From: Candidatus Poribacteria bacterium
GTDB lineage: Bacteria; Poribacteria; WGA-4E; PCPOR2b
Direction: 5' to 3'
Assembly (NCBI GenBank): GCA_965218095.1
Contig: OZ244587.1
Coordinates: forward strand, 2,624,001 to 2,688,000
DNA: 64,000 nt
Position numbers and translations under genes: made by a program. Positions 11,077-21,420 of this stretch are shown here, one piece after another (positions within the stretch are counted from its first letter, which is position 1; every line of letters begins with the position of its first letter). A model generated the notes under the pieces. The model saw nothing but the letters and a program-made list of their open reading frames with translations, did no database searches and had not been told where the DNA came from.

Positions 11077-13701
11077 TTACGCATTAACACTGCCTTTCCC
11101 TCCGAGATTCCAGAAGCCAGAAATTATCGCCGTGATTGGGATAGTCAGTACGAGACCAAGTGTGCCAGCAAGTAAACGCACAATTTCCGCGGAGGCGATC
11201 CCGATGCTCAAAAGCTCCACTGTGGGCGATCGGAAGAGATCCAGATTCGGTGTTGCGACTGCCATGATGAACAGTAGCTCCACACCCAGATAAGCGAACA
11301 CAAGCGTATTCACCATCGTGCCGAGAATGTCAGTGCCGACGTTCATCCCGGACGCAATCAATCGCCAAGTAGGCATGTTCGGATTCGCTCGACGAATTTC
11401 TTCCATTGATGAAGCGACCTCAATGGCGCCGTCCACCGCCACGCCGAGCACCCCCATTAACATTCCCGCAAGCAGCACTTGGCGGAAGTCGAAAGGCGGT
11501 TCCCGCATTGCTTCGACGATGTCCGCTGAAATAGCATGTTCCAATCCGGAAAAATGCAGGTAGTTTTGCGCGAACATGACAATCAGTCCAGCGACAAGGA
11601 TGCCTCCCATTGTGCCTAACACGGCTGAAAAGGTTTTCCGGCTGGGTCCAATCACAAACACGAGGGATACAAATGCAATCATACCAGAGGTGACGGTGAC
11701 GATCGCCACAGCATTATTCCCTTGTGAAATCAGAGGCAGCATGAAGAAATAGATAATCATCCCTGAGCCAATCATCGCGCAAGCGGTGCGCACACCTTCG
11801 TTTCGGCCCACAATGATGATCAGCATCAACATCAATCCAGCCATCCATATCAGGAATCGGTCCCGCCCATACTCCTGCACAATATTGACAAGGCTGATCT
11901 GATTCTCTGTCCCACCCATACGGCAGACAACAATATCTCCCGGCTCGGCAGGGATACTCAGCAGACTTATTTTGTAGTTGAGTATGTTTCGCAGGATAAT
12001 CCGCTGCCCTTTATAGAGCCCTGATAGCATTTCGATTTCAAGGATCTGATGTTCCGTCGTCGCGTGGTAAATGTTGAGTCCATCCCCATCTTTTCCGACA
12101 GAATACGCGACCTCTTCATCTTTATCAGTGATCAGCCACTTCTTGTCTTTCCACTTTTTAATCGAAACAGTGAGATTTGGCGATAATGATATTCCATGAT
12201 TTTCAAACGCATGTCGTAAATCTTCGGAGATAACCCGATTGTCCAGATCGCTTGTGTACTTCGATTCAACGCTAAACAAGAACCCGGCGTTTGATTCGAG
12301 GAGCTGAATGACCCTGCCTTTTGCATACTCAGATTTGGAAATGAGTTCTCCGTTTTGATCATGATGCTCGATAATCGTCGCTGATGTCCGGTTGATTCGA
12401 TCGTGAAGGAAATACGTTCCCACGAGGACAACTGCCAACGCAAGCGGCACCGCCAAACGCGCTTTGCTCCTCGGATCGTCAGTGCGAAAGAGTTCTTCCA
12501 GTTCTTCTTCCGAGGGCAAGTCTTCATCAATTGCTGATGGATCTATTTTCCGATACCGGGTCAGTATGCCTGCGATGACTGCTGCAATTGGAACAGTCAA
12601 GACGAGCCCAATCGTTCCAACGATAGCTTGTATGATAACGACCGCCGTGGTTTCATCATTCGCCAGTCGCAGGAAAGGGTACAGGACTCCGACTTCTGGA
12701 AAATGGAGGCGTGGGAGCAACATCGTGATCATGTGCGCACCGAGATAGGCGAAGATAAGCGTGTCCGCCATTGTTCCCATGATGTCTCGTCCCACATTCA
12801 GCCCAGCCCGGATGGCTTGCCGCACCGTGACATTCGGATTGACCTGCTTGACCTCATAAACGGATGAGGAGATGGACATACCCACATCCATCATCGCGCC
12901 AACGGCACCGAGGATCATGCCTGCCGCAAGTAACCCCGTGAAATTCCAATCGTGCGAACCTTCTGTTCGCCACAGGGCGGCGCCAAGTTCGAGAAAGCCG
13001 AATTCTTGAGCCAATCCGGTCAGAATCATCGCTTTCTGGCTGATAACAGAAAGAATCCCAACGGCCGCCAATCCACCGAACGTCCCCAACACGCCGGAAA
13101 TCACCTTAAAGGTGAACCCAGTAATCAGAACAAAAGTCGCGAGGGTCAGCAAAGCAGCAACGAACAAGGCGACGGCAATCGGATTGAAGCCCTTGAGCGT
13201 TAAGGGGACCAGGACGTAGAGAATAACAAAAGCCGTGACAAACAGCGTCAGGATTGCGCGTACTCCTTTCATGCCAGCAACCAGAATCATCAAGCTTGCC
13301 AACACCCCTGCAAGGTAGAGGAGAAAAGGGGTTCGGAAATATTCGAGCATTCGCACATTGTCACGCACATCGTCAATTGTCGTTCGATCCCCGCGTCTAA
13401 GGGGAATTTCAAGGAAAAGCACATCCCGCTTTCGTATAACCCGATCACCGAATGACCTGCCCACCCAGATGTTGTTGACCTGAACGGTCTCCCTGCGAAA
13501 CTGCCCAGAGATGATTCGGAAGGTCACAATCTGATCAACCGCTTCGCTTGTATCCAGTTTTATTGCTCGCCCAAGGCAGACCAACGTCCGCAGTTCACCC
13601 TGGTGTACGATTTCAGCAAACCGAAACAGTTTAACGTGTAAGAAAAAGACGATGACGAGAATCGCCAAAACGCCGAAGATTTTCAGATTTCTTTCATTCA
13701 T
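11077..13701 (-). CDS. YibE/F family membrane protein with two YibE/F domains
   Basis: Two copies of GLNVGRDIMGTMADTLIFAY / GMNVGTDILGTMVNTLVFAY and GTxGLVLTxPI; many TM segments. Confidence 0.88.
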   Translation of the reverse strand: MNERNLKIFGVLAILVIVFFLHVKLFRFAEIVHQGELRTLVCLGRAIKLDTSEAVDQIVTFRIISGQFRRETVQVNNIWVGRSFGDRVIRKRDVLFLEIPLRRGDRTTIDDVRDNVRMLEYFRTPFLLYLAGVLASLMILVAGMKGVRAILTLFVTAFVILYVLVPLTLKGFNPIAVALFVAALLTLATFVLITGFTFKVISGVLGTFGGLAAVGILSVISQKAMILTGLAQEFGFLELGAALWRTEGSHDWNFTGLLAAGMILGAVGAMMDVGMSISSSVYEVKQVNPNVTVRQAIRAGLNVGRDIMGTMADTLIFAYLGAHMITMLLPRLHFPEVGVLYPFLRLANDETTAVVIIQAIVGTIGLVLTVPIAAVIAGILTRYRKIDPSAIDEDLPSEEELEELFRTDDPRSKARLAVPLALAVVLVGTYFLHDRINRTSATIIEHHDQNGELISKSEYAKGRVIQLLESNAGFLFSVESKYTSDLDNRVISEDLRHAFENHGISLSPNLTVSIKKWKDKKWLITDKDEEVAYSVGKDGDGLNIYHATTEHQILEIEMLSGLYKGQRIILRNILNYKISLLSIPAEPGDIVVCRMGGTENQISLVNIVQEYGRDRFLIWMAGLMLMLIIIVGRNEGVRTACAMIGSGMIIYFFMLPLISQGNNAVAIVTVTSGMIAFVSLVFVIGPSRKTFSAVLGTMGGILVAGLIVMFAQNYLHFSGLEHAISADIVEAMREPPFDFRQVLLAGMLMGVLGVAVDGAIEVASSMEEIRRANPNMPTWRLIASGMNVGTDILGTMVNTLVFAYLGVELLFIMAVATPNLDLFRSPTVELLSIGIASAEIVRLLAGTLGLVLTIPITAIISGFWNLGGKGSVNA

Positions 13702-13875
13702 TCAGCTTACCTTCCTTTTCTATGGTGGAATGAAACCCAGGCTGCACGGCTTGGGACACTTCGGTTGCACACTTCGGTGCGGAAATATAAGACGTAACGA
13801 GTCAAACGTGACATTGATTGTTGATTGACGAACAATCCTCATATAAGCGCAATTTTTGTACCTTCCAATACACTG

Positions 13876-15702
13876 TTACGCTTTACCCGCCCGTCCGCTC
13901 AAATGTTTGTGGATACTTGCCGCGACACCATGTGGAATCCCTTTAACGGCAAGGAGTTCATTGAGGGTGGCTTGGCGGATCTTTTCAACGGATGCGAAAT
14001 GCTGGAGTAACGCCTGTTTCCGTTTGGTACCGATGTTGGGAATCTCATCGAGGATTGAGTGGGTGAGTTCTCGACTCCGCAACTTGCGATGGTAGGTGAC
14101 GGCAAATCGATGGGCTTCGTCGCGCAGCCGCTGGATGAGGTGAAGGGTCGGATTATCGTGTCGGAGTATTATCGGATCAGATCGGTTAGGGAGGAAGATA
14201 TGCTCGAATCGCTTAGCAAGCCCGATAATCGGCAGATGGCTCAAATCAAGCGAGCCCAACACTTCGCAGGCGGCATTCAGTTGTCCTTTGCCCCCATCGA
14301 TCAGGATGAGGTCTGGGAAGCAATTCTCCTCAATAGCGCGGCGGAATCGACGAGTGACCACCTCTTGCATCATGGCAAAATCGTTTTGACCTTCGACGGT
14401 GCGAATCTTGAAGCGTCGACACTCAGATTTCGCGGGTTTGCCATCTTCCACCACAACCATTGATGCTACAGGAAATCGATCGCCGAGGTTGGAGATGTCA
14501 AAGCCTTCAATCCGCTGCGGTGGGTGAGGCAGGTTCAACAACTCCTGTAACTCAATCAGTGCCGGATTGTTCCCCACTTTGAGGACGACGTGCTGTTCCT
14601 TCCGTTCGAGGAGAATGCCCGCATTTTTCGCTGCCATCGCCACCAACTGGCGTTTGCGCCCTCTTTGCGGAATATGCAGCGTCACCTGACTGCCACGTTT
14701 TTCAGAAAGCCAACTCTGGATGGCTTCAGGCATGTCGATTTCGTCGGGCAGCAGGATAGTTTTGGGAATGAATGACGTATCTTGATAGTATTGTTGGAGG
14801 AAGGCGGTCAACGCTTCGATCGTCGATTCTGAATGAACATCATTCAAAAAGTAGTGTTCGCGCTCGATTAGCTTCCCGTCACGTACCATCAGCACTTGCA
14901 CGCATGCTTCATCACCTTTGTGCGCCACGCCGATTACGTCCTCATCTTCCGCCGAAGGGTTATCGAGATTCTGTTTGGTGATTGCCTGCTTGACAGTTTC
15001 GATTTGATCGCGGTATTTCGCGGCGCTTTCAAAGTCGAGTTCCTTGGCTGCTGCCTGCATCTTTGTTGTGAGGTCTTGAATGACCGCTGTGATGTCACCA
15101 CTGAGAAATCGACGGACGTTCTTCACAATCTGTTCGTAATCATCGACGCTGATCAGATTCGCGCAAGGTCCGGGACAGCGTTGAATGTGATAATCTAGGC
15201 AGACACGATGCGGGTTGCCCGATGCCTTCAGATCCAGATTACAGGTGCGGATGGGGAACACCTTCGTGAGTTGCTTGATTGTCTGGCGGGTCGCACGGGT
15301 ATGCACAAAGGGACCGAAATACCTTGCGCCATCACTCTCCTTCCGACGGGTGATGTAAAGCCCCGGAAAGGGTTCGTTGATTGTCACCTTCAAGTAGGGA
15401 TAACGTTTATCGTCCTTGAGCTTGATGTTGTAGCGAGGTTGGTGCTGCTTGATCAGGTTATTTTCAAGGATGAGCGCCTCGACGTTGCTCGCAGTGAGGA
15501 TATAGTCAAGGTCGTGGACATAGCGCAGCATCGGCTTGGTCAGGGCATGCGGGGTGGCCGTGTCTTGAAAATAGGATCTGACTCGTTGCCGCAAGGAAGC
15601 TGCCTTGCCGACGTACAAAATCTTCCCATCGGCATCCTTCATCAAGTAGACACCGGGGCTGGGAGGGAGGTTTGCCAGCTTGTTTTTGATTTGCTGGTTC
15701 AT
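13876..15702 (-). CDS. uvrC: Excinuclease ABC subunit C
   Basis: GIY-YIG PGVYLMKD..YVGKA, LKDDKRYPY, RIEGFDISN, LIDGGKGQL, RDEAHRFA, C-terminal HhH. Confidence 0.97.
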   Translation of the reverse strand: MNQQIKNKLANLPPSPGVYLMKDADGKILYVGKAASLRQRVRSYFQDTATPHALTKPMLRYVHDLDYILTASNVEALILENNLIKQHQPRYNIKLKDDKRYPYLKVTINEPFPGLYITRRKESDGARYFGPFVHTRATRQTIKQLTKVFPIRTCNLDLKASGNPHRVCLDYHIQRCPGPCANLISVDDYEQIVKNVRRFLSGDITAVIQDLTTKMQAAAKELDFESAAKYRDQIETVKQAITKQNLDNPSAEDEDVIGVAHKGDEACVQVLMVRDGKLIEREHYFLNDVHSESTIEALTAFLQQYYQDTSFIPKTILLPDEIDMPEAIQSWLSEKRGSQVTLHIPQRGRKRQLVAMAAKNAGILLERKEQHVVLKVGNNPALIELQELLNLPHPPQRIEGFDISNLGDRFPVASMVVVEDGKPAKSECRRFKIRTVEGQNDFAMMQEVVTRRFRRAIEENCFPDLILIDGGKGQLNAACEVLGSLDLSHLPIIGLAKRFEHIFLPNRSDPIILRHDNPTLHLIQRLRDEAHRFAVTYHRKLRSRELTHSILDEIPNIGTKRKQALLQHFASVEKIRQATLNELLAVKGIPHGVAASIHKHLSGRAGKA

Positions 15703-16256
15703 CGTCGTGCCCTCTGACTAATTGTGCGCAAATATACTGCGAAAGGGCATAAATGACGCTTTTATATCTTGAATCCTGAATTTTGCATCTTCGATGGATA
15801 CCAGATTCAAGATGCAGGATACAGGATGCCGGTGATGTAAATCATAACCTGTTGCGGTATACTATTCATTGCTCCTATTTGCAGCAGACAAAAAACAGGA
15901 AGAAGTGCTGCAAACCTTCGTCGATGCAGCGAAATCGAGTTTATTAGAATCGCTGTCAGGCTTTATCCCGAAACAATGAGGAGGATGTATATCATGAAAG
16001 GCACTCACCCCACAATCTAAGAAAGTGTCAATGAGTTAATAGATTAGTTTGGCTTGGATGTCTTTGCTGAAGCCTATCTCAGATCCCACTCACCAGAAAC
16101 ATGGCTGGAGCCGCTCTTGGCTTAGATGGACAAAAACGAGGTCTGCCAACTCCTTCAAAGGAAGTTAGCAGAGTTGGAGGAGGGAAAGGATGGCGACCAT
16201 GTCGAAAGGTGATTCGTGCAAGCAGCGTTTTCTCACTTCCAAAAGCGGGCAAGGCT

Positions 16257-16490
16257 TCAGTCCAAAGTAACTTCCCTCCCTGCCCGGAACGATCTCTCTG
16301 CAGCAAGTACCAACCGAGCAATATTACGAGCGTGTTCCAATGTGACCGGATATTCCGAATCGTTCTTCACAGTATCCACGAACGTCGTCAATTGCCGTGT
16401 GAAAGCATCACCAGAACCATCAATAGGGACGGGTTCGTATTTTTCACCTTTGGAAAATCATAGAAACGGCTTGCTACCATTGCTTTGACC
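16257..16490 (-). pseudogene. C-terminal remnant resembling a Gfo/Idh/MocA oxidoreductase
   Basis: Manual translation DAFTRQLTTFVDTVKNDSEYPVTLEHARNIARLVLAAERSFRAGREVTLD*, with an in-frame TGA upstream and no start. Confidence 0.55.
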
Positions 16491-16609
16491 GAAACGCCGG
16501 GACTCTCAATCAACCATCAGGTACATTGCGTACAGGTGCACGTCCTCGGGACGGATGCCTCTGAACGTGACCTGGACCGAATCGGTCCCTTATAAAACGA
16601 AGGGCGGAG

Positions 16610-17083
16610 TTACTGCATATCTCGAATTGTCGTCGCCAAACGGACGCGTTGTGCCAACAGTTGAAGTCTTGCTTCTGCTACATCAAGATCCGTTGCGACT
16701 TCTGCTTCGACCTTTGACTTAATCCACTGGAGTTGCCGCTCGCGTATGGCTTCGATGTTGTGAAACTCCTTGATCGCAACATCAGGTTGATGTTTCGCTA
16801 CTGCGAGTTGAAGGCGTGCTTCAGATAGCTTGAGTTGCGCCTCTCCTACCTCTAGCGACGTAATAAGTCCACGGTGCTCTTTAGCTTGTGCAAACGAAAG
16901 TGCTTGTTCACGTAGCGCGACACTCTCCTGAAGTGCTTGAATAATCTCTTGTTGCATCTGGGCCTTAAGCCCAACGACTTGAGCGGGAGTTGAGCGCGAA
17001 TAGACGCTCAAGATAACGACAGCGCAAGCAATGAGGGCGAAAACGCTAAAGACTATAAAGATATGGCGGGAATACATAATCAT
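16610..17083 (-). CDS. Exported helical protein with two TolC/OEP-like helical repeats
   Basis: N-terminal hydrophobic segment; ITSLEVGEAQLKLSEARLQL and ATDLDVAEARLQL. Confidence 0.6.
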   Translation of the reverse strand: MIMYSRHIFIVFSVFALIACAVVILSVYSRSTPAQVVGLKAQMQQEIIQALQESVALREQALSFAQAKEHRGLITSLEVGEAQLKLSEARLQLAVAKHQPDVAIKEFHNIEAIRERQLQWIKSKVEAEVATDLDVAEARLQLLAQRVRLATTIRDMQ

Positions 17084-17245
17084 TCCTCCGATTTCAATCT
17101 AACGACTCGATTCTGCCTCGAAACGATGCTGAGATCGGCGTCAGTTCAACCTTCAGAACACCTAATCAGCCCAACGACAGCAATTCTTCTCTTTACCACT
17201 TCAGAACAAGCATAAGGCCCAAATCGTATAACCATTAGACTTTAA

Positions 17246-20203
17246 TTAGAAAGTTTGGGTCAAGCGCACCAACGACAAACGACCAATTTCCGGGGCACCA
17301 ATAAATGGCTGATACATATTATTCAGCAGATTCTGGACTGTCAACGACAGGCGAGGTCTTGGACCGAATGGCAAGTCGTAGCCCGCGTTTAAGTCAATCG
17401 TATAATACGATGCGACGTCATCGACGTAAACCCCCGAATTCACAGGGAAGCCAGCCACAAAATTCACCCGGGCACCTGCCGCCAATCCTAGATTGGTGTT
17501 GTGGTATTGAACGTTTGCCCCGAACTTATTCTTAGGCGCGTTCAGGGCGATGTCCCTGAGATCGTTCTCGAATAAGTCCTTGCTGACGAACGAGTAATTC
17601 CCGCCGAAACTCAAACTCGGATTGAGATAATAGGTCAAGCTGCAATCCAACCCGTTGAGCGAGATGTCCCCGTAGTTGCGATAGGTCAACATAACCGCGT
17701 TTGGATGATCTACCTCCTGTTTAGGAGTCACTGTACCAACAACGGACAACAACTGTACCAACTCATCAACAGGCGAACCATTATCGTTACCGCCCCGATC
17801 AGGATTGTCAAACGCAAGCAATGCCTGATTGAGTGTAGCATTTTTGGGATCGCTCAACGCCGCGCCGAGTTGCTTTCCAAGAGAAGCACTTGTTGCAGGG
17901 TTTAAGACCACAATTGGGGTCTCAACCACCAAGGGACCGATGAAATCGTTAATTCTTGTGTGATAGACATCGGCGGAAAAAGCCAACTTGTTCATGAGAA
18001 TCCCTTTGTAACCGAATTCATACGTCTGTGTTATCGTTGGCTTCAGCGGGTCAACGTCTTTTACACCCTCAATCTCCTCAAGTTTCCTTGTCTCCGGATT
18101 AAGAATGCGTAAGACATTATTTGTCCCATCAACCTGCTCTGGAATGATGCTAGCAAGTCCATTGGAGAAGTTTTCTACCATAAATGCTGCAAGACCTTCC
18201 ACCACCTCCGGTGGCAATGCTTGAAGTACCTTTGGTACTATCTGCTGAAGTTGTTCGGGTGGCAGGGCCGCAATCGCACCCGGTTGCAGCAATGGGGTTA
18301 GCTCCGGCGGCAGTCCTTGAAGGGCTTGCGGCGGAAGTGTTGAAAATGCTTGTGTTGCCAGTCCTTCAATTGTTTCCGGGGGCAACGCTGCAATGGTCCC
18401 TGGCAGTGCTTCAGGAGTTGTCTTTTCCTTCAGGCCCGCTTTAAAAATGCCAATGACCGTCTGTCGTGTACCGCCCCATAGACCCCTGGTAGAATCGGCA
18501 TCATCAAGGTTAATGTAATCTTGGGGTGATGGCGAGAAAGGTGAACGAAACTGCGGTAATCCACCTTCACCTCTTTCGAAGGTGAATCCTGTTTCGGCAG
18601 GAACACCCTGCGCCCGTACATCAATACCCAACCCAAAGGGGTTCTTTTCTCCTAGCCTGTCTAGGAATAGGTTGGAAGTTCCCGGGGTGCTGAAAGCGCG
18701 ATTAAAGGTGAGCCTCAAGTTATGGTCGTCGTTTGGCTGGAAGGCAAGCGCGGCACGCGGTGAAAAGACCAGATCGCTGAGGTGATTGTGGTCATCAACC
18801 CGTCCAGCAAGAATGAGCTTTATCTCTGGCAGGATTTTGGTCTCGGATTGCAAATACGCACCGACCTCGTTGATGTTGTCCTTATCCTCATAGCGGCCAT
18901 TGATTGACCCTTCGGTATCGGGGCGGGTCAGCAACAGATCTACACCGTAAGTAAAGCGTTGACGCTCTCCAAGGCTGTAACCGTGCTGAATCTGCCCGAC
19001 GTACAGATCGGAATTGTCAATGATTGGGTCATTGGGCCGCAGGAGGTAGGTATCCCCAGCATCGCTACGGTTCCAAAAGACTTGTGCAAAGAGGTCTTTG
19101 TAAATGAACCGGCCTTGGGCGTAACCGTAAGTCCAGTTTTTGACTTGACCGGCTCCGAGACCAGTCAGTTCAATCCCGGTGAATTGTGTGAAACCACTGG
19201 CAAGAATCGTCGTCAGATCATCGCTGGGACGATAATCCACGCGAAATTCGCTGCTGGCTTTGTACGTATCAAAGTCCGGTTCACCTTCGCCTTCTTCGAC
19301 ATCTTCTTTCGATCGCCCCTCTTCCCAATCATTCCCCTGAAAATAATTCCCTGAAAGCTTATAGCCGATCGTCTCATTGATAACGCCTGCATGTCGAAGC
19401 GAACCCATGAGTACACTCCGCTCACCGCCGCCAAGGCTGACGGTCGTCCCTTGGGAGGTGAACGGTGACCGGGTGAGGATGTGCATGACACCGTTGGCAC
19501 TGTTTGGACCGTATAGCGCCGCACCAGGGCCTGAGACGATTTCAATCTGTTCAATATCTTCGTTTGTGGTCGGGATGAGGCTGTAGGAGTTGACACGCAG
19601 AGAGGGAACACGAGCAATGCGATTGTCAACGAGCGACAGAAGTGAGCCCGAAAAAACGTTGTTGAAGCCACGAACGACAACATGCGATGAGCTCAGCCCA
19701 GTATTCACAACGTCCACCCCTCGCACCGATTTCAAGTGCTCGGTAACACTCGGTGCAACACGGTCTCTGATTTGCGAAGCACTAACAAGGGCGACCGATG
19801 CCGGGGCTTCAAGCACCTTTTCCCGACGGCGCGATGCCGTAACGGAAACCTGTTCAAGTTGAATAATTTCTGAGGAGAGCGCAATTTCTACCGATTTGGT
19901 TTCGTCGGCGACAAGTTCAACGTTTGCCATAACCCTATCGGCATAACCGGGGGAGGATGCAGTAATCGTGTAAACGCCGGCAGGCAAATCTGCGATTTCA
20001 AACGCGCCGATTGCGTCGCTAACGCCTTCGGTGGAGGCGCCGGTTTGGGGCGTGACAGTAATGGAAATACCGTTCAGTTTATCGCCGGTTTGGGCATCTG
20101 TCACCATGCCGTTCAAGGTGGCGGCTTGCACCGACACCGAAGGGACAGCCAAAACAGCGAGTAGGACCAATAACAAGACACTGTGTAGGTTCAATTGTTT
20201 CAT
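17246..20203 (-). CDS. TonB-dependent receptor with N-terminal carboxypeptidase-regulatory-like domain
   Basis: Signal peptide, GMVTDAQTG, VSVTASRR, IEIVSGPGAALYGPN plug, VQNLLN, C-terminal Phe. Confidence 0.93.
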   Translation of the reverse strand: MKQLNLHSVLLLVLLAVLAVPSVSVQAATLNGMVTDAQTGDKLNGISITVTPQTGASTEGVSDAIGAFEIADLPAGVYTITASSPGYADRVMANVELVADETKSVEIALSSEIIQLEQVSVTASRRREKVLEAPASVALVSASQIRDRVAPSVTEHLKSVRGVDVVNTGLSSSHVVVRGFNNVFSGSLLSLVDNRIARVPSLRVNSYSLIPTTNEDIEQIEIVSGPGAALYGPNSANGVMHILTRSPFTSQGTTVSLGGGERSVLMGSLRHAGVINETIGYKLSGNYFQGNDWEEGRSKEDVEEGEGEPDFDTYKASSEFRVDYRPSDDLTTILASGFTQFTGIELTGLGAGQVKNWTYGYAQGRFIYKDLFAQVFWNRSDAGDTYLLRPNDPIIDNSDLYVGQIQHGYSLGERQRFTYGVDLLLTRPDTEGSINGRYEDKDNINEVGAYLQSETKILPEIKLILAGRVDDHNHLSDLVFSPRAALAFQPNDDHNLRLTFNRAFSTPGTSNLFLDRLGEKNPFGLGIDVRAQGVPAETGFTFERGEGGLPQFRSPFSPSPQDYINLDDADSTRGLWGGTRQTVIGIFKAGLKEKTTPEALPGTIAALPPETIEGLATQAFSTLPPQALQGLPPELTPLLQPGAIAALPPEQLQQIVPKVLQALPPEVVEGLAAFMVENFSNGLASIIPEQVDGTNNVLRILNPETRKLEEIEGVKDVDPLKPTITQTYEFGYKGILMNKLAFSADVYHTRINDFIGPLVVETPIVVLNPATSASLGKQLGAALSDPKNATLNQALLAFDNPDRGGNDNGSPVDELVQLLSVVGTVTPKQEVDHPNAVMLTYRNYGDISLNGLDCSLTYYLNPSLSFGGNYSFVSKDLFENDLRDIALNAPKNKFGANVQYHNTNLGLAAGARVNFVAGFPVNSGVYVDDVASYYTIDLNAGYDLPFGPRPRLSLTVQNLLNNMYQPFIGAPEIGRLSLVRLTQTF

Positions 20204-20263
20204 TATATTATCTCCTTTATTGAAGAAATGTTGTGGTTGGTTGCCGCTCTGATAAACGGCGTC

Positions 20264-20314
20264 TCAGAAACCATGTTGTTCGGATAGTCTCTCAATCAAA
20301 AATTCGATTTCTCT
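20264..20314. repeat. Palindromic element, degenerate copy (AGAAACCGAG...AAAAACTCGGTTTCT family)
   Basis: tcagaaaccatgttgttcggatagtctctcaatcaaaaattcgatttctct aligns with 23333-23383. Confidence 0.65.
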
Positions 20315-20430
20315 GGGATAATTAAAGCTTACGCTTGCAGGGCAGAACGGTTTCGACTGAATCGCATTGTTCCGTATGTAGCACCATTTGGATTGCTTGC
20401 TATAATTATACCACCCGATCAATCTCATTT

Positions 20431-21303
20431 TCAAGGGCAGAAACGTCCGGGGCGGTGCGTTTGGCGGCGAGGATTTGTCAGTTTGTCACCATTCATGCCT
20501 GCGATGGCGTCAGCATCGCGGCGATGTCTTTTGGCAAACTCACGCCAATTTTCTTGATGACGCGCAAGCGCAGAGCAATACCGTTTTTCAGCAACGGCAT
20601 CCACGAAAATCTCCTGCACCTCATCCGTCTCTGAATTGACGAGTCGGATGTTGCCGCGTTCCATCGGATTCACGTCCACCTCCGCCAAGACCTGCACGAC
20701 AATGACAGCCGTCGCCCGTTCGGCAAAGTGGGACAACGTCGCCAACGCATCCCCGGGCCAGATCAAGTCACTGAGCAACACACGCAACCCAAAGGGACGC
20801 CATGACCGGGGCCGTCTGGTAAATGATGCCGATAGGTTTCCACGATAGTCAAAATCAATTCCTTCCCAGATTGATGGTCGGTCTGTGCCGTTGCCCGCCT
20901 GCCGATACCCATCTCCCGCAGCCCAGGCGGAGTGGGAGTAGCCGACATTTGATGCCGCAGTCGCAAAGACCGCCGCTAACCTGAGCGTCGCTTACGCCTT
21001 GGGGCTGTTTTCAAGTGCCATAGAGCACGAGCCGTCGATGACGACATCTAGGTGCGAGCTGACTTCGTCCTGATACAACTTGACGGTTAATTTATCGCTC
21101 CGTGCGAAGCCGCTCCAGTTGATTCGCCGCAGGTCGTCGCCCGGCTGGTATTCGCGGTGGTCGATAAATTCCAGCGAACTTCCCGGACGCTTCCCCATCT
21201 GATTCCCGGCGACCCCGAAGGGGACATTGCGTGGAGCGGTCAAGGCATACCGGGTGCCCGCACGTTCACCGTCTATGAGATATTGGCGGTAGGTTTCGTT
21301 CAT
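20431..21303 (-). pseudogene. DUF58 (MoxR-associated vWA-like) pseudogene
   Basis: GSSLEFIDHREYQPGDDLRRINW, VIDGSCSM; in-frame TAA at 20992-20994, after which the same frame continues to RVLLSDL; C-terminus looks degenerate. Confidence 0.85.
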
Positions 21304-21420
21304 GAGGTGTGTTGCGTGTGACGCTGTTAAATTCGTCCTGTTAGCTTTTTATGTACGGGTCAGTAGTAGACGCGCCGAGGCGCGATAAATTGCGCGACGA
21401 CAGACTGAAGTGCGTCAGTC

